The notes under the pieces: generated by a model
The model's database searches: none
What the model was told of the DNA's origin: nothing
Seen by the model: only the letters and a program-made list of their open reading frames with translations
NCBI GenBank assembly: GCA_937927725.1
Contig: CALBSE010000011.1
Span: 16,836-80,835 of the forward strand
Length of the DNA stretch: 64,000 nucleotides
Direction of reading: 5' to 3'
Origin: an uncultured Actinomycetes bacterium
GTDB lineage: Bacteria > Actinomycetota > Acidimicrobiia > Acidimicrobiales > Acidimicrobilacustridaceae
Shown: positions 46,482-56,940 of the stretch, piece by piece
How the letters are laid out: each line of letters starts with the position of its first letter
Numbering within the stretch: the stretch's first letter is position 1
Made by a program: the position numbers and the translations under genes

Positions 46482-47441
46482 TTAGTGGTGGTTGGCCTCG
46501 AGCCAGCGTTCGCAATCGATCGCGGCCATGCAACCGGAACCGGCGGCAGTAATGGCCTGGCGATAGACATGATCTTGCACGTCGCCGCAGGCAAAGACGC
46601 CCTCGATGTTGGTCAGTGAGCCGTTGTGGGTCACGAGATAGCCGTTTTCGTCGGTCGTGAGTTGTCCGGCGAAGAGATCGGTATTCGGACGATGACCAAT
46701 GGCGACGAACACGCCGGTGACGGCGAGTGGACGTTCTTCACCGGTGATGGTGTCGGTGAGGGTGACTCCCTCGACGGTTTGTTCGCCCTGAATGGCGGTC
46801 ACTGTGGAGTTCCACGCGAAACGAATTTTCTCGTTGGCAAAGAGGCGATCCTGCATGATCTTTGACGCGCGAAGCTCGTCGCGGCGGTGAACAAGCGTGA
46901 CGGTCTTGGCGAATTTCGTAAGGAAAAGCGCCTCTTCTATGGCGGAATCGCCTCCACCAACAACGGCAATGTCGTGATCGCGGAAGAAGAAACCGTCGCA
47001 GGTGGCGCAGGTTGAGAGACCATGACCGAGAAGACGAGTTTCCTCTTCGAGGCCGAGCATGAGCGAACGAGCACCAGTCGAAACAATGACGGAGTTGGCC
47101 AGGTGGGTGGGTTCAGGTGCATCGGTATCGCCGATCCAGACCTTGAATGGCCGTGCCGAAAGGTCAACCTTGCTCACCTTGCGAGTGACGATTTCTGTGC
47201 CGAATCGAAGGGCCTGCTCGCGGAACTTCATCATGAGCTCGGGGCCCATGATGCCGTCGGGCCAACCGGGAAAGTTTTCGACCTCAGTGGTGAGCATGAG
47301 TTGACCGCCCGGCTGATCGCTAGTTGATGACGGTTCGCCTTCAATGAGCAGCGGGGCCAGGTTGGCGCGGGCGGTATAGATGGCGCTGGTCAGGCCAGCA
47401 GGACCGGAACCGATGATGATGACGTTACGAATCTCGGGCAC
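46482..47441 (-). CDS. trxB: Thioredoxin reductase
   Basis: GSGPAG, CATCDG, GGGDSA and FACGDV...RQAITAAGSGC. Confidence 0.97.
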   Translation of the reverse strand: MPEIRNVIIIGSGPAGLTSAIYTARANLAPLLIEGEPSSTSDQPGGQLMLTTEVENFPGWPDGIMGPELMMKFREQALRFGTEIVTRKVSKVDLSARPFKVWIGDTDAPEPTHLANSVIVSTGARSLMLGLEEETRLLGHGLSTCATCDGFFFRDHDIAVVGGGDSAIEEALFLTKFAKTVTLVHRRDELRASKIMQDRLFANEKIRFAWNSTVTAIQGEQTVEGVTLTDTITGEERPLAVTGVFVAIGHRPNTDLFAGQLTTDENGYLVTHNGSLTNIEGVFACGDVQDHVYRQAITAAGSGCMAAIDCERWLEANHH

Positions 47442-47514
47442 GAAGGACTCCAGAAATCAATGACCGACGCTGGTCATGTCAGGTGATGGGGGATGAGGTG
47501 AGAGGTGCGACCAC

Positions 47515-47931
47515 TCAGCGCTTTTTGGATTTTCCGACTGCTGGAGCCGGTGTGGGCGCGTTGCGCCGACGGAACAAAAGGGCTCCGACCACGGTGAAGA
47601 GCACGCCAAGGATGAGATAGGGCAGCCACACGCCAAAGGGCAGGGCCTCATCGAGAAGACGAACGACACCGATAATCGCCATCACGGCAATCACGATGAT
47701 GATCGTGCCGGCGAAGACGCCGAAGACCAGGCCTCGAGCGATCTTCATGATCGGAGTCGTCGTGCGGTCGCGGACCGTCTCGACGGCGTTGACGATGGCG
47801 TCCGCTGCCTGAGCCGGCCAGTCCCCGCCGATTAGTGAGGAGGCCGAGCTAACTGAAGGAATCGAACGCGGGGCCGAGGAAACGGACGGTTCGGTGCTGC
47901 CAGTTGTCGACGCGTCCGAGCCCGTGTCCAT
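47515..47931 (-). CDS. Hypothetical 2-TM membrane protein
   Basis: WPAQAADAIV..V..VRD followed by two hydrophobic helices. Confidence 0.7.
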   Translation of the reverse strand: MDTGSDASTTGSTEPSVSSAPRSIPSVSSASSLIGGDWPAQAADAIVNAVETVRDRTTTPIMKIARGLVFGVFAGTIIIVIAVMAIIGVVRLLDEALPFGVWLPYLILGVLFTVVGALLFRRRNAPTPAPAVGKSKKR

Positions 47932-47961
47932 GAGTTGGATCCTACCCACGAAGCGCCCGGG

Positions 47962-49467
47962 TTAGGAGGTGACGATTACGTCGGTGATGGTGACCAGCCA
48001 CGGCGGCGTGTCTTTGAGTTGGGTGATCCACAGCAGAATCGCGTTGCCGCGGGCTCCGTTGAGGTCGAGGGTGAGCGAGCCGTGAATGTCCGTTGCCGAG
48101 GCAACGATTGGTCCCCAGCCGAGAAGCGTGGTTGGTGCCCCGGTTGCGACGTAGGCCTCGACAGACCAACCACTTGAGGGAGAGTCAATGGCGATCGAGC
48201 CGATGCGGTCTTCGGCCGTGAGATCAATCACGAGACCAACTCCGGATTTGAGATTGCCAAAGTTGCGCGAGGTGTAGGCCTCGGTTGACCACGACGTGAG
48301 CGAATCGGCATCGACAGCGTTCATGGCTGCGGCTTCGTTTTCGAAGCCAGTTCTGTCCGTTGGGTCAAAGGAATGCGCAGTCGATATCGCAAGTTGTCGG
48401 GGCGTTGTCGATGCGGTCGTTGCCGGTTGACTTGAAAGGAAGGTGCGGCCGGCGTCGGTAGTTGCGACGAGTAGGGCGATGAGCAACAAAACGGCAACGA
48501 CAATGAGTGTGACAACGATGCCGGACCGCCCGCGTTTCGCGCGTGACGTTGGGGGCGGGCCCTCAAGCGGCTCTGGAGTGCTTGTTGGATCAGCAAGGAC
48601 ATCAAGACGCGTCGAACGAAGCGCAGCGCGCATGTCGTTGGCGGAAGCGAAACGATCACCAGGCGCGCGAGACATTGCGCGCATCACCGTTGTCTCGAGG
48701 TCGACGGGAATTTCGGTGAGGACAAGTGATGGACGCGCGGGATCGCGGTGCATGCGAGCGAGTGCGAGAGCGGCCGGAGTTTCAGCGCGAAATGGTGCTT
48801 CCCCGCACACAGCTTCGTAGAGAACCGCGCCGAGCGCGTAGAGGTCAGTGCGCCCGTCGACGGGACCACCTTCGACTTGTTCAGGCGCGAGGTATTTCAC
48901 CGTTCCGAGGACTTGTGCGGTGCGCGTGAGGTCGGGCTCGTCGAGAACCTTTGCGATACCGAAATCGGTCACTAGCACTCGACCATCGTCGGACAAAAGA
49001 ATGTTGGCCGGTTTGATGTCGCGATGAATTACTCCGGCCTTGTGAGCAATCGCGAGCGCACCAGCAACCTCTGCGCCGATATGGACGACTTCGATTGGCT
49101 CGAGCGCGCCGCGCTCGTCGAGGAAGTCGCGCAACGTACGACCGCGAACAAGTTCCATAACGATTGCATCGCATCCATCGAGGTCGACGGTGTCATAAAT
49201 CGCAACAATTGAGGGGTCAACGAGCCGCGCCGCGGCAATTGCTTCGATGTGAAAACGCTGGCGAACGATCGGATCGTTTGCGAACTGAGGGTGAAGAATC
49301 TTCACCGCAACTGCGCGACCCAATACGATGTCGTCGGCCTCCCACACTTCGGCCATTCCGCCGATAGCAAGCTGCTGACGCAACTGATATCGCTGCGCGA
49401 GAACGCGTCCTGCGAGAGTGCGGCCTGATTGGTCTGCCGGTGGAGACCCGGGGTCGTCCGCGTTCAC
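47962..49467 (-). CDS. Membrane Ser/Thr protein kinase with extracellular beta-sandwich domain
   Basis: GGMAEVW, VAVK, HRDIKPAN, DFG and YLAPEQ; TM helix; C-terminal W.TE.Y...GNLKSGVGL. Confidence 0.92.
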   Translation of the reverse strand: MNADDPGSPPADQSGRTLAGRVLAQRYQLRQQLAIGGMAEVWEADDIVLGRAVAVKILHPQFANDPIVRQRFHIEAIAAARLVDPSIVAIYDTVDLDGCDAIVMELVRGRTLRDFLDERGALEPIEVVHIGAEVAGALAIAHKAGVIHRDIKPANILLSDDGRVLVTDFGIAKVLDEPDLTRTAQVLGTVKYLAPEQVEGGPVDGRTDLYALGAVLYEAVCGEAPFRAETPAALALARMHRDPARPSLVLTEIPVDLETTVMRAMSRAPGDRFASANDMRAALRSTRLDVLADPTSTPEPLEGPPPTSRAKRGRSGIVVTLIVVAVLLLIALLVATTDAGRTFLSSQPATTASTTPRQLAISTAHSFDPTDRTGFENEAAAMNAVDADSLTSWSTEAYTSRNFGNLKSGVGLVIDLTAEDRIGSIAIDSPSSGWSVEAYVATGAPTTLLGWGPIVASATDIHGSLTLDLNGARGNAILLWITQLKDTPPWLVTITDVIVTS

Positions 49468-49489
49468 GCGGTGTCAGTGCGGTGTTGGA

Positions 49490-50329
49490 TCACGGACGCA
49501 GGTAGCACATGCCGATAACGCCAGGTCCGCCATGCGTTCCTATGACAGCGCCGATCTTGCCCAAGCGAATCTGATCGCGTGGATAGCGCTCGGAAATCAT
49601 GTCGAGGAACGCTTCGATATCTGGAGCCTCGCCGTGAAGGATTGAAAGTTTCTCGACGGTTCCTTCAGCGAAGAGTTGATCGCGCATCCATTCGAGCGCG
49701 CGCTTGCGGGTGCGCTGCTTGCCGGCTTCTTCGACAGCGCCGTCGACGATGCGAATGATTGGTTTCACCGACAACATTGAACCGAGCATGGCTTTCGCGC
49801 TGCCGATGCGCCCGCCCTTTTTGAGGTTCTCGAGGGTGTCGAGGGCGCCATAAATCTCTGTTCGCGGAATCATGGATTCGACCAGTGCGACAACAGCGTC
49901 GGCGTCGGCACCATTGCGGGCAGCAGCGGCTGCCTCGAGCACCATCGTGCCCAGGCCGCCGGTAAGTGACCGACTGTCGATAACGCGTACATCGATGTCG
50001 CCACCAACGGCGGTGGCGGCATTGCGAGCCGACTGCACTGTTGCCGAAAGTTCGCCGGAAAGGTTGATGCACACCACGGCGCTCGCACCGACGGCGGCGG
50101 CACCGCGGAACGCTTGCTCGAAGCGACCCGGTGATGGAGCGGAGGTCTCCGGAAGCAAACCGGTGCTGGCCATCTTTGTATAGAAGGCTTCGACGCTCAG
50201 CTCTTCACGGTCGATGAACTCTTCGTCACCAAAGCGAATGCTGAGCGGAACAACGCCGATGCTGTTCGCTGTTGTTTCTGCTTCGGTTAAGTCACACGAA
50301 CTATCGGTGACGATGTGGACGCCTGTCAT
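49490..50329 (-). CDS. DegV family fatty-acid-binding protein
   Basis: VTDSSCDL, TSAPSPG, LKKGGRIG and HGGPG. Confidence 0.95.
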   Translation of the reverse strand: MTGVHIVTDSSCDLTEAETTANSIGVVPLSIRFGDEEFIDREELSVEAFYTKMASTGLLPETSAPSPGRFEQAFRGAAAVGASAVVCINLSGELSATVQSARNAATAVGGDIDVRVIDSRSLTGGLGTMVLEAAAAARNGADADAVVALVESMIPRTEIYGALDTLENLKKGGRIGSAKAMLGSMLSVKPIIRIVDGAVEEAGKQRTRKRALEWMRDQLFAEGTVEKLSILHGEAPDIEAFLDMISERYPRDQIRLGKIGAVIGTHGGPGVIGMCYLRP

Positions 50330-50365
50330 GGTGCTCCCGTCGGATCGGTGACGGGAAGACGCTAG

Positions 50366-52360
50366 TCATCCACTCGTGGTCGGTGATGGTTCGTCGGCAA
50401 CGACCAGTGCTCGGGCACGCCGAGCCCGGCGCCAGTGGCGAGCCCACCACACCAAAAGGAAGAGTCCGGCAATTACGGAAACGAAGAGTCCGAGCCCCGA
50501 AATAGCGGTGGAACGAACATCGATTCGGCTTGACGCGACAAGCAATCCTCCACCGGAGGAGGCAACTTCGACGTCGAGGGGGAACGCGCCAGAGGCTCGA
50601 GTGGTGACGGCGATATCGGTTCGTGTCGTACTCGATGGTGCCAACACGATTTCGTAGGTGGTGCCTTCGGGGAACTCGAGTTTGGGGCTGCTCACCGTGA
50701 CTCTCACTCGCGCCTCAATCGGAAGCGCGTTGGTGATGACCAGCGGAATCTTCCCGCTGCTGGAGGTCAGCGTGACTTTTTGCGATGTCGGCAGACTGAT
50801 TGCCGAGGTCAGCGACTCAAGCTGCGCGTTCGCGTTGTCGAGTAGCGCCGCACGTTCGTCGGCACTCAACGTCACCTCAGCGGACGCAAGATCCGTGCGC
50901 TCGATTGGAGCGATCAACTCCCCGCCTTCGGGCAGCATGGAGTTCAGTCCCAGCAAATTCCACTGTGCTTGCTCAATCTGGGTTCCGTAAGCACCGAGTT
51001 CGGTGGGTTCGTTGCTGGTCCAGTCTCGAACGATCGGCTTCTGTGCTGACGTGGCCACCGCTGTTCGAGCGAAGAGATCATCGAGGGTGACGGGCTGGAC
51101 GACGTTGTTTCCCACGGAACCGCTTACCGCGCCGGTGGATGAAGAAAGTCCGCTGAGAAACTCACGTAATGCCGCTGTTTCGGTTGCTGCTGGAATGGTG
51201 AGCGCGACTCCTCGGTTCGTGCCCGGTTGTTCCTGGTGAAGCATCATCAATTCGGCAAGGGCCTGGTGGGCGCCGAGGATGGGATCATTGGTCAGTACGA
51301 ATCGCGAGGAAGCGGTGTCGTCGTTGGCCATTGCGGCAAACGAGGTTCCCTTTTCACCTGCGATGACGAATCGGTTGGTGAGGACTGAGGACTCATCGGA
51401 AACGGTCGAGGATCGAAGTTGTGAGGATTGGAGAACAACTGAGCGGGTCCCCGTGAGCGCCAACTGCTCGAGGGCTGCGGGACTGACAGACGGGTCAAGC
51501 AGGAGGGTTCGGTGATCGGGTGCCGCTTCGAAGGTTGCCGCAAGGATGGCGTCACCAGCGGTGTATTCCTTCTCGATAAGTGATCCAGTCCTACCGGCCA
51601 TGAGTGATCCTGAATCAATAGAAACATACGGACGACTCAATGTTTGGCGGGCCTGGCTATCGGGTCGAGCGGAAGAACTGCCGGAATCGGTAAGCGCTTG
51701 AACAACAAATGGTGTTGCTGCGAGGGTGAGTGGCGTCGCAGCAACACTTGTCATGACGCGGAATTGCTCACTGGCACGAGCGATCTGGGTATCGGAAAGT
51801 TGTGGTGCGCCTTCTGAACTCACCTCGAGTGGAGCGTCAATCACAACCGTCGCTGCGAGCGAGAGTGGAGTGGTTGGTGTTGTTACCGACGGAAGCCGCA
51901 AGAGATGCGTGACGATGCTGTCGAGCCGAGAGCCATTGGCCGAAGTGGCTTCGATGAGCACGGGATAGACACCGCTTTCGCTGAGAACGGTGCCCCCCTC
52001 TGGTGCTGGCCACTGTTCACCAATGGGCAGAGAAAGCGTCGTGGAGGAGGAGTTTGAGCTGAGAACTGTTGCAGGGGTTGTGAACAGTGCCGTACCGAGT
52101 TGTTCACCGGCAATGGTTCGATCAAGGCGGCTTCGAGTGGTGATGGCGTTGTAGAGAACGAGATCAAATTTTGTTGTTGCGGGGAGATCACCAGTTGAAA
52201 TCTCTGCTGTGAAGGTTCCCTTTGGTCCGACGAACGCGGTTTGGTGCACCAATCGCAGTTGATGCGTTGTTGTTTGCGCCGATTGAGCGTTGGCGCCGTG
52301 AGGACACAGCACCAAGAGAAGCACGGTCACGCCAAGCACGGAAAGGAAGCGGCGGATCAT
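50366..52360 (-). CDS. Large secreted/membrane-anchored protein (DUF6049-like)
   Basis: Signal peptide, C-terminal KVTLTS...IP.VI.N Ig-like region and TM helix; lies in the cca-trxB interval. Confidence 0.65.
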   Translation of the reverse strand: MIRRFLSVLGVTVLLLVLCPHGANAQSAQTTTHQLRLVHQTAFVGPKGTFTAEISTGDLPATTKFDLVLYNAITTRSRLDRTIAGEQLGTALFTTPATVLSSNSSSTTLSLPIGEQWPAPEGGTVLSESGVYPVLIEATSANGSRLDSIVTHLLRLPSVTTPTTPLSLAATVVIDAPLEVSSEGAPQLSDTQIARASEQFRVMTSVAATPLTLAATPFVVQALTDSGSSSARPDSQARQTLSRPYVSIDSGSLMAGRTGSLIEKEYTAGDAILAATFEAAPDHRTLLLDPSVSPAALEQLALTGTRSVVLQSSQLRSSTVSDESSVLTNRFVIAGEKGTSFAAMANDDTASSRFVLTNDPILGAHQALAELMMLHQEQPGTNRGVALTIPAATETAALREFLSGLSSSTGAVSGSVGNNVVQPVTLDDLFARTAVATSAQKPIVRDWTSNEPTELGAYGTQIEQAQWNLLGLNSMLPEGGELIAPIERTDLASAEVTLSADERAALLDNANAQLESLTSAISLPTSQKVTLTSSSGKIPLVITNALPIEARVRVTVSSPKLEFPEGTTYEIVLAPSSTTRTDIAVTTRASGAFPLDVEVASSGGGLLVASSRIDVRSTAISGLGLFVSVIAGLFLLVWWARHWRRARRARALVVADEPSPTTSG

Positions 52361-53079
52361 GCGTTGGAACTTTCGGCGAATTTGTAGTCCAAGACCGCGA
52401 GTCCAGTTGGTTCGTCAACGAATCCAAGATGTCGATACAACGAAAGTGCTCGTTGATTGATTTCTTGAGTGTTGACGAGAACAGAGTCGCAACCGCGACG
52501 ACGACACCACCGAAGTGCGTCGCCAACGAGTGCTGTGCCGATGCCGTGACCGTGAAAGTCGGGATGCACGGCGAGTCGCTGGAGGTAACCGAGGCGCCGG
52601 GCCATACCGGCAACGTGATAGCCGACGACCTGCTCATTCACGCACGCAACACGGAACCGAGAACGGGGTGTGGCGTGTCGTGCATCAAGGAGTCCGTTGA
52701 GGTCGAAGCGCCAGAAGCCATCAAATGCGAGGCCGTCGAGATTGAGCACGGGATCAATATCGCGAGTTCGTCCTCGGCGGATGCGAGTGGCTGGAGCGGT
52801 CTCACTGGGAAGGTCGAACAGGTCATGACGGAGAAGGTGCAGCCGCTCATGGACTGAGAACCCGTAGTCGAGGAACACGGGTTGTTCCGGGAAAGTCAGC
52901 GCTGGAGTGAGAACGGCTCGGTACCCAGCCTCGGAGATGGCGAGGATGGCCCGGTTCAGCGCCTCCGGTGATGGTGGAGCGCCGGGGGTGGGACTGAGCA
53001 AAGCCAGCGCAGGGTCGCCCCTCCAAGGGCCGATCCGCATGCGGTCGGCATGTCCGGTGATGGTGTCAGTGCGTCGCAT
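52357..53079 (-). CDS. GNAT N-acetyltransferase
   Basis: LAVHPDFHGHGIG and N.RALSLY.HLGF. Confidence 0.88.
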   Translation of the reverse strand: MRRTDTITGHADRMRIGPWRGDPALALLSPTPGAPPSPEALNRAILAISEAGYRAVLTPALTFPEQPVFLDYGFSVHERLHLLRHDLFDLPSETAPATRIRRGRTRDIDPVLNLDGLAFDGFWRFDLNGLLDARHATPRSRFRVACVNEQVVGYHVAGMARRLGYLQRLAVHPDFHGHGIGTALVGDALRWCRRRGCDSVLVNTQEINQRALSLYRHLGFVDEPTGLAVLDYKFAESSNA

Positions 53080-53207
53080 GGCCTCGGCCTGAGCCTAGGA
53101 CCCGCGACCACTCCGCTCCTTTGCACGGCCCCTCCAGAGCGGCCTTTCGGCCTGTGGCCTGACCAGCTGGGCCAGCCAACAGAGATTGCCCCGGTAGCCT
53201 CCGCCCG

Positions 53208-54590
53208 GTGATTCCCGACCGCCTCCTTCCCGTTCTAGAGCGAACCGCCCCATTGGCCGAGCGCTTTGCCGCGTCGGGATTCAAGCTCTATCTGGTTGGT
53301 GGCGTCGTCCGCGACCTGCTCCTGGGCCGGGATATGAGCGACGGTCGAGACATCGACATGACCACCGACGCGCTTCCGGCGGACACCAAGCGATTGATCA
53401 AGGGTTGGGCCGATTCAGTGTGGACCCAAGGCGAGCGATTCGGGACGATTGGCTGTCAGAAAGACGGCTGGACCTTCGAGATCACGACGCATCGCGCCGA
53501 GGCCTACGACCCCGAATCCCGCAAGCCCGAGGTCGTGTTCTCTGACGTGATCGAGGCGGACCTTTCTCGTCGGGATTTCACGGTCAACGCCATGGCGCTG
53601 TCGCTACCCGATCCGGTGCTTATCGATCCCTTTGGTGGAGCAGAGGATCTTGCCGCAGGAAGACTGCGGACACCGTTGTCTCCCGAAGAGTCGTTCACTG
53701 ACGATCCGCTGCGGATGTTGCGTGCCGCCCGCTTCCTGTCCGGGTACGGCCTGACTCCGGATGATGAATTGCGCGCGGCTGCGACTTCAATGTGCGAGCG
53801 ACTTTCGATCGTTTCTGCGGAACGAATTCGCGATGAGTTCGACAAGTTGATGGTTGTTGAAGATCCGACGCCGGGATTGTGGTTCCTCGCCGACACGGGA
53901 TTGATGGATCAGTTCCTTCCCGAGTTTTCGCGGATGCGTCTCGAACAAGATCCGATTCATCGACATAAAGACGTACTGACGCACACGATTGCGGTTATCG
54001 GAAAGACGAGCACGAATCGACTCGTTCGTTTATCAGCGCTCTATCACGACGTTGGGAAGCCGAAAACACGGGCAATTGGCGATGCCGGTGTGTCGTTCCA
54101 TCATCACGAGGTTGTTGGTGCGCGCATGACGCGTGAACGAATGAAGGCGCTGAAGTACTCGAGCGACGACGTTGAAGCCGTAAGTCGTTTGGTGTTTCTT
54201 CACCTGCGTTTTCATACCTACAAAATGGGCTGGACTGATTCCGCCGTTCGTCGTTTTGTGCGTGATGCGGGCGATCTTCTTCCCGAACTCATCGAACTCA
54301 CTCGTTGTGACTGCACGACGCGTAACGAACGTAAAGCGCAAGAACTTGCGAAGCGCATGGACGAACTTGAAGAGCGAATCGATGACTTGCTGGCGCGCGA
54401 AGAACTCGCTTCATTGCGACCTGATCTTGATGGCAACGCGGTGATGAACTACCTCGGACTTACGCCAGGCCGCGACGTCGGCGATGCACTCGACTTCCTC
54501 TTGGAGCTTCGTTTAGAAGAAGGTCCGTTGGGCGAAGACGAAGCGAAGAAACGACTCGATGCTTGGTGGGCCGAACGTCAAGCGAAGTAA
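53208..54590 (+). CDS. cca: CCA tRNA nucleotidyltransferase with HD domain
   Basis: LVGGVVRD, DIDMTT, RRDFTVNAMA, DDPLRMLRA and HDVGK. Confidence 0.95.
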   Translation: MIPDRLLPVLERTAPLAERFAASGFKLYLVGGVVRDLLLGRDMSDGRDIDMTTDALPADTKRLIKGWADSVWTQGERFGTIGCQKDGWTFEITTHRAEAYDPESRKPEVVFSDVIEADLSRRDFTVNAMALSLPDPVLIDPFGGAEDLAAGRLRTPLSPEESFTDDPLRMLRAARFLSGYGLTPDDELRAAATSMCERLSIVSAERIRDEFDKLMVVEDPTPGLWFLADTGLMDQFLPEFSRMRLEQDPIHRHKDVLTHTIAVIGKTSTNRLVRLSALYHDVGKPKTRAIGDAGVSFHHHEVVGARMTRERMKALKYSSDDVEAVSRLVFLHLRFHTYKMGWTDSAVRRFVRDAGDLLPELIELTRCDCTTRNERKAQELAKRMDELEERIDDLLAREELASLRPDLDGNAVMNYLGLTPGRDVGDALDFLLELRLEEGPLGEDEAKKRLDAWWAERQAK

Positions 54591-54608
54591 GCGCAGGAAC
54601 TGGTTGAT

Positions 54609-55682
54609 TCAGCCCGTAAATGCTGGAGTGATTTCAGGGTCAGTCGGCGACGTTGTTGATGTAGTAGTTGTTGGTGCTTGACATGGCGTAAGTCCAACAC
54701 CGAGTGGGTTCGTTCCGACGCTTATGGTGCTTGTGATGGTGTTGGTTGCGATATCGACAACTGCAACGGAGTTCGTGCCGTACGCCGCGACATAGGCAGT
54801 CGAGCCATCGGATGTGATTGCAATTCCTTCGGGAAGCGATCCTGCGCCCGCGCTAAACGTTGCCGAAACGATGTCTGTTGCGGTGTCAATCACCGAAACG
54901 CTGCTGCTTGAATAGTTGGTGACGTAGGCCTTGGTCCCGTCGGGAGTGATTGCGATATGTGTTGGGGAGATTCCGACGACGACGTTGGTGACAAGGGTAT
55001 TTGTTGCGGTGTCAATCACTGACACGTTGCCGGAGTTGAAATTCGTGACATAGACAGCGTCTCCGCTGGGGGTAATGGCAACACCTTGAGGAGCGGTTCC
55101 TACGTTTACTGAATTCGCGAGGGTGTTGGTGGTGATGTCAATGACATACACCGAGTTGCCTGAGGAGTTAGCCACGTAGGCGGTGGAACCGTCGGGAGTG
55201 ATCGCGATTCCGATTGGGCTTGCACCCACGACTACTGGAGATGAGACAACGGTGTTCGTCGCGAGATCGATGATCGACACGTTGTTGGTGCCGTAGTTCG
55301 TGACGTAGGCGGTGGAACCGTCGGGAGTGATTGCAATTCCAAGCGGTACGGCACCAACGCCGATGTTGCCAGTGACCGTGTTAGTGGCGATATCAATAAT
55401 CGACACTGTGTCCGAAGCAGAGTTCGTTACATATGCGGTTGTGCCATCGAGGGAGAGAGCAACCTCATTTGGACTCGATCCGACACTTATTGGCGAGCTC
55501 ACAGCGTTGGACATCGTGTCGATGACTGAAACGTTGTTGCCGCTGTAATTGGCCACAACCAACGTTGATTGGCAAGTTCCCGATGCACCGACAGAAGTGC
55601 CCTCGGTGACAAAGAGTCCGATCGCTGTAAGCGCGATGAGGCAGGCAGAGAGTGCCTTGAAGTTCTTCAACATGGTGGTCAC
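54609..55682 (-). CDS. Secreted YVTN beta-propeller (YncE-like) protein ending in PAFTG
   Basis: Seven P.GIAITPDG..AYVTN repeats; Thr-rich tail followed by PAFTG-stop. Confidence 0.88.
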   Translation of the reverse strand: MTTMLKNFKALSACLIALTAIGLFVTEGTSVGASGTCQSTLVVANYSGNNVSVIDTMSNAVSSPISVGSSPNEVALSLDGTTAYVTNSASDTVSIIDIATNTVTGNIGVGAVPLGIAITPDGSTAYVTNYGTNNVSIIDLATNTVVSSPVVVGASPIGIAITPDGSTAYVANSSGNSVYVIDITTNTLANSVNVGTAPQGVAITPSGDAVYVTNFNSGNVSVIDTATNTLVTNVVVGISPTHIAITPDGTKAYVTNYSSSSVSVIDTATDIVSATFSAGAGSLPEGIAITSDGSTAYVAAYGTNSVAVVDIATNTITSTISVGTNPLGVGLTPCQAPTTTTSTTSPTDPEITPAFTG

Positions 55683-55723
55683 CCTAGGTCAGCCCACAGG
55701 GAACCCACTGTGAAGAGTGACTC

Positions 55724-56422
55724 TTACACGCCGTCTTTGCGGCCGCGAATGATCACGGTGCTCGGCACGATCGCTCGACCAGAACGCGCTTCGGGTTCGA
55801 GCAATGCATCAACGCGGAAATTCGCGCGGGAGAACGAACTAAAGAGTTCTGCAATCGACCGCGCGTAGACCTCAAATCCATCACTGTCCGGCGGCATGTC
55901 TTCGCCGTAAGGACGAGCAAGCCGAGGTGCGTTCATTGGGTCGTGGTCGAGCATGAGCCAGGCAGGATGGGGGAGCGACACGCTGAAAGAGCCGCTGGTG
56001 CGAAGAACTCGGTTGACCTGACGCAGGACACGATCGAGGTCCTCGGCACGAGCAAGGGCATAGACCGACAGAGCAAGGTCGATCTGATCAGCGCGAACGA
56101 AGGCCAGATCGGCGAGGTCGCCATGGTGAAGCTCAACTTTGACCTCATTAACCTCGGCCAACTGGCGGGCGGCGTCGATTCGGCTGATGTCGTGGTCGAC
56201 TGCGATCACATGGGCACCAGCGAGGGCCAAGCTGACCGCGTTGTGCCCCAGTCCAACTCCGAGTTGAAGGATCTTTTTGCCTTTCGGCGCAGTGATGAGC
56301 TTCAGCGAATCGTCGCCCGGAAGATCGGGGCCCCACGTGACGGTGTCGAGCGGAAGCTCGGCTCGACCGGGGAACGAATTCGAGGAACTGGCAGAAGGGC
56401 GAGGGGATCCGAAGTCAGTCAC
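55724..56422 (-). CDS. Class I SAM-dependent methyltransferase
   Basis: ILQLGVGLG, AVDHD and VNRVLRTSG.F; GTG 56422 chosen as start. Confidence 0.82.
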   Translation of the reverse strand: MTDFGSPRPSASSSNSFPGRAELPLDTVTWGPDLPGDDSLKLITAPKGKKILQLGVGLGHNAVSLALAGAHVIAVDHDISRIDAARQLAEVNEVKVELHHGDLADLAFVRADQIDLALSVYALARAEDLDRVLRQVNRVLRTSGSFSVSLPHPAWLMLDHDPMNAPRLARPYGEDMPPDSDGFEVYARSIAELFSSFSRANFRVDALLEPEARSGRAIVPSTVIIRGRKDGV

Positions 56423-56516
56423 GCGGCCAGTCTCCCGCGAGCAAGGCCGCGGCCGGTGGACCGCGTGAAACCTTGAGCACCGCGAGTGGAGCGGCCCGTC
56501 GCTAGCCTCGGCTCCC

Positions 56517-56927
56517 ATGGGTTCCGCCTCACGACCCTTCCGCGGTGCCCCGAGTGGCAAAGGCGGTGAGATCGATTACCGCCTCGCGCGCCAGCACCTC
56601 ATCTCGGAATACAAGAAGGGCCGATTAGCCCAGCACGAGGTGTGTGACGCTCACCCTGAACTGGTGCGGGCCGCCCGGGAAGTGAGCCAACCCACCAGTG
56701 AGGACTGTCCGATCTGTCAGGACCACAAACTTGTGTTGGTGTCCTATGTCTTCGGGCCTCGACTGCCGGCGTTCGGCCGATGCATCACCACCGCGAAGGA
56801 ACTGAAGGCCTTCACCAAGCGCTCAAAAGAAGGGGACTTCGCTTGTTACGTGGTCGAAGTCTGCCCCGCGTGCCATTGGAACCATTTGGCTCGTACCTTC
56901 TTACTGAATCCAGCCCGCACGGCCTGA
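56517..56927 (+). CDS. DUF5318-like protein
   Basis: VCDAHPELVRAA, CPIC and YVVEVC..CHWNHL; upstream of the PBP as in other Actinobacteria. Confidence 0.88.
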   Translation: MGSASRPFRGAPSGKGGEIDYRLARQHLISEYKKGRLAQHEVCDAHPELVRAAREVSQPTSEDCPICQDHKLVLVSYVFGPRLPAFGRCITTAKELKAFTKRSKEGDFACYVVEVCPACHWNHLARTFLLNPARTA

Positions 56928-56940
56928 CTCTCTATTCACC

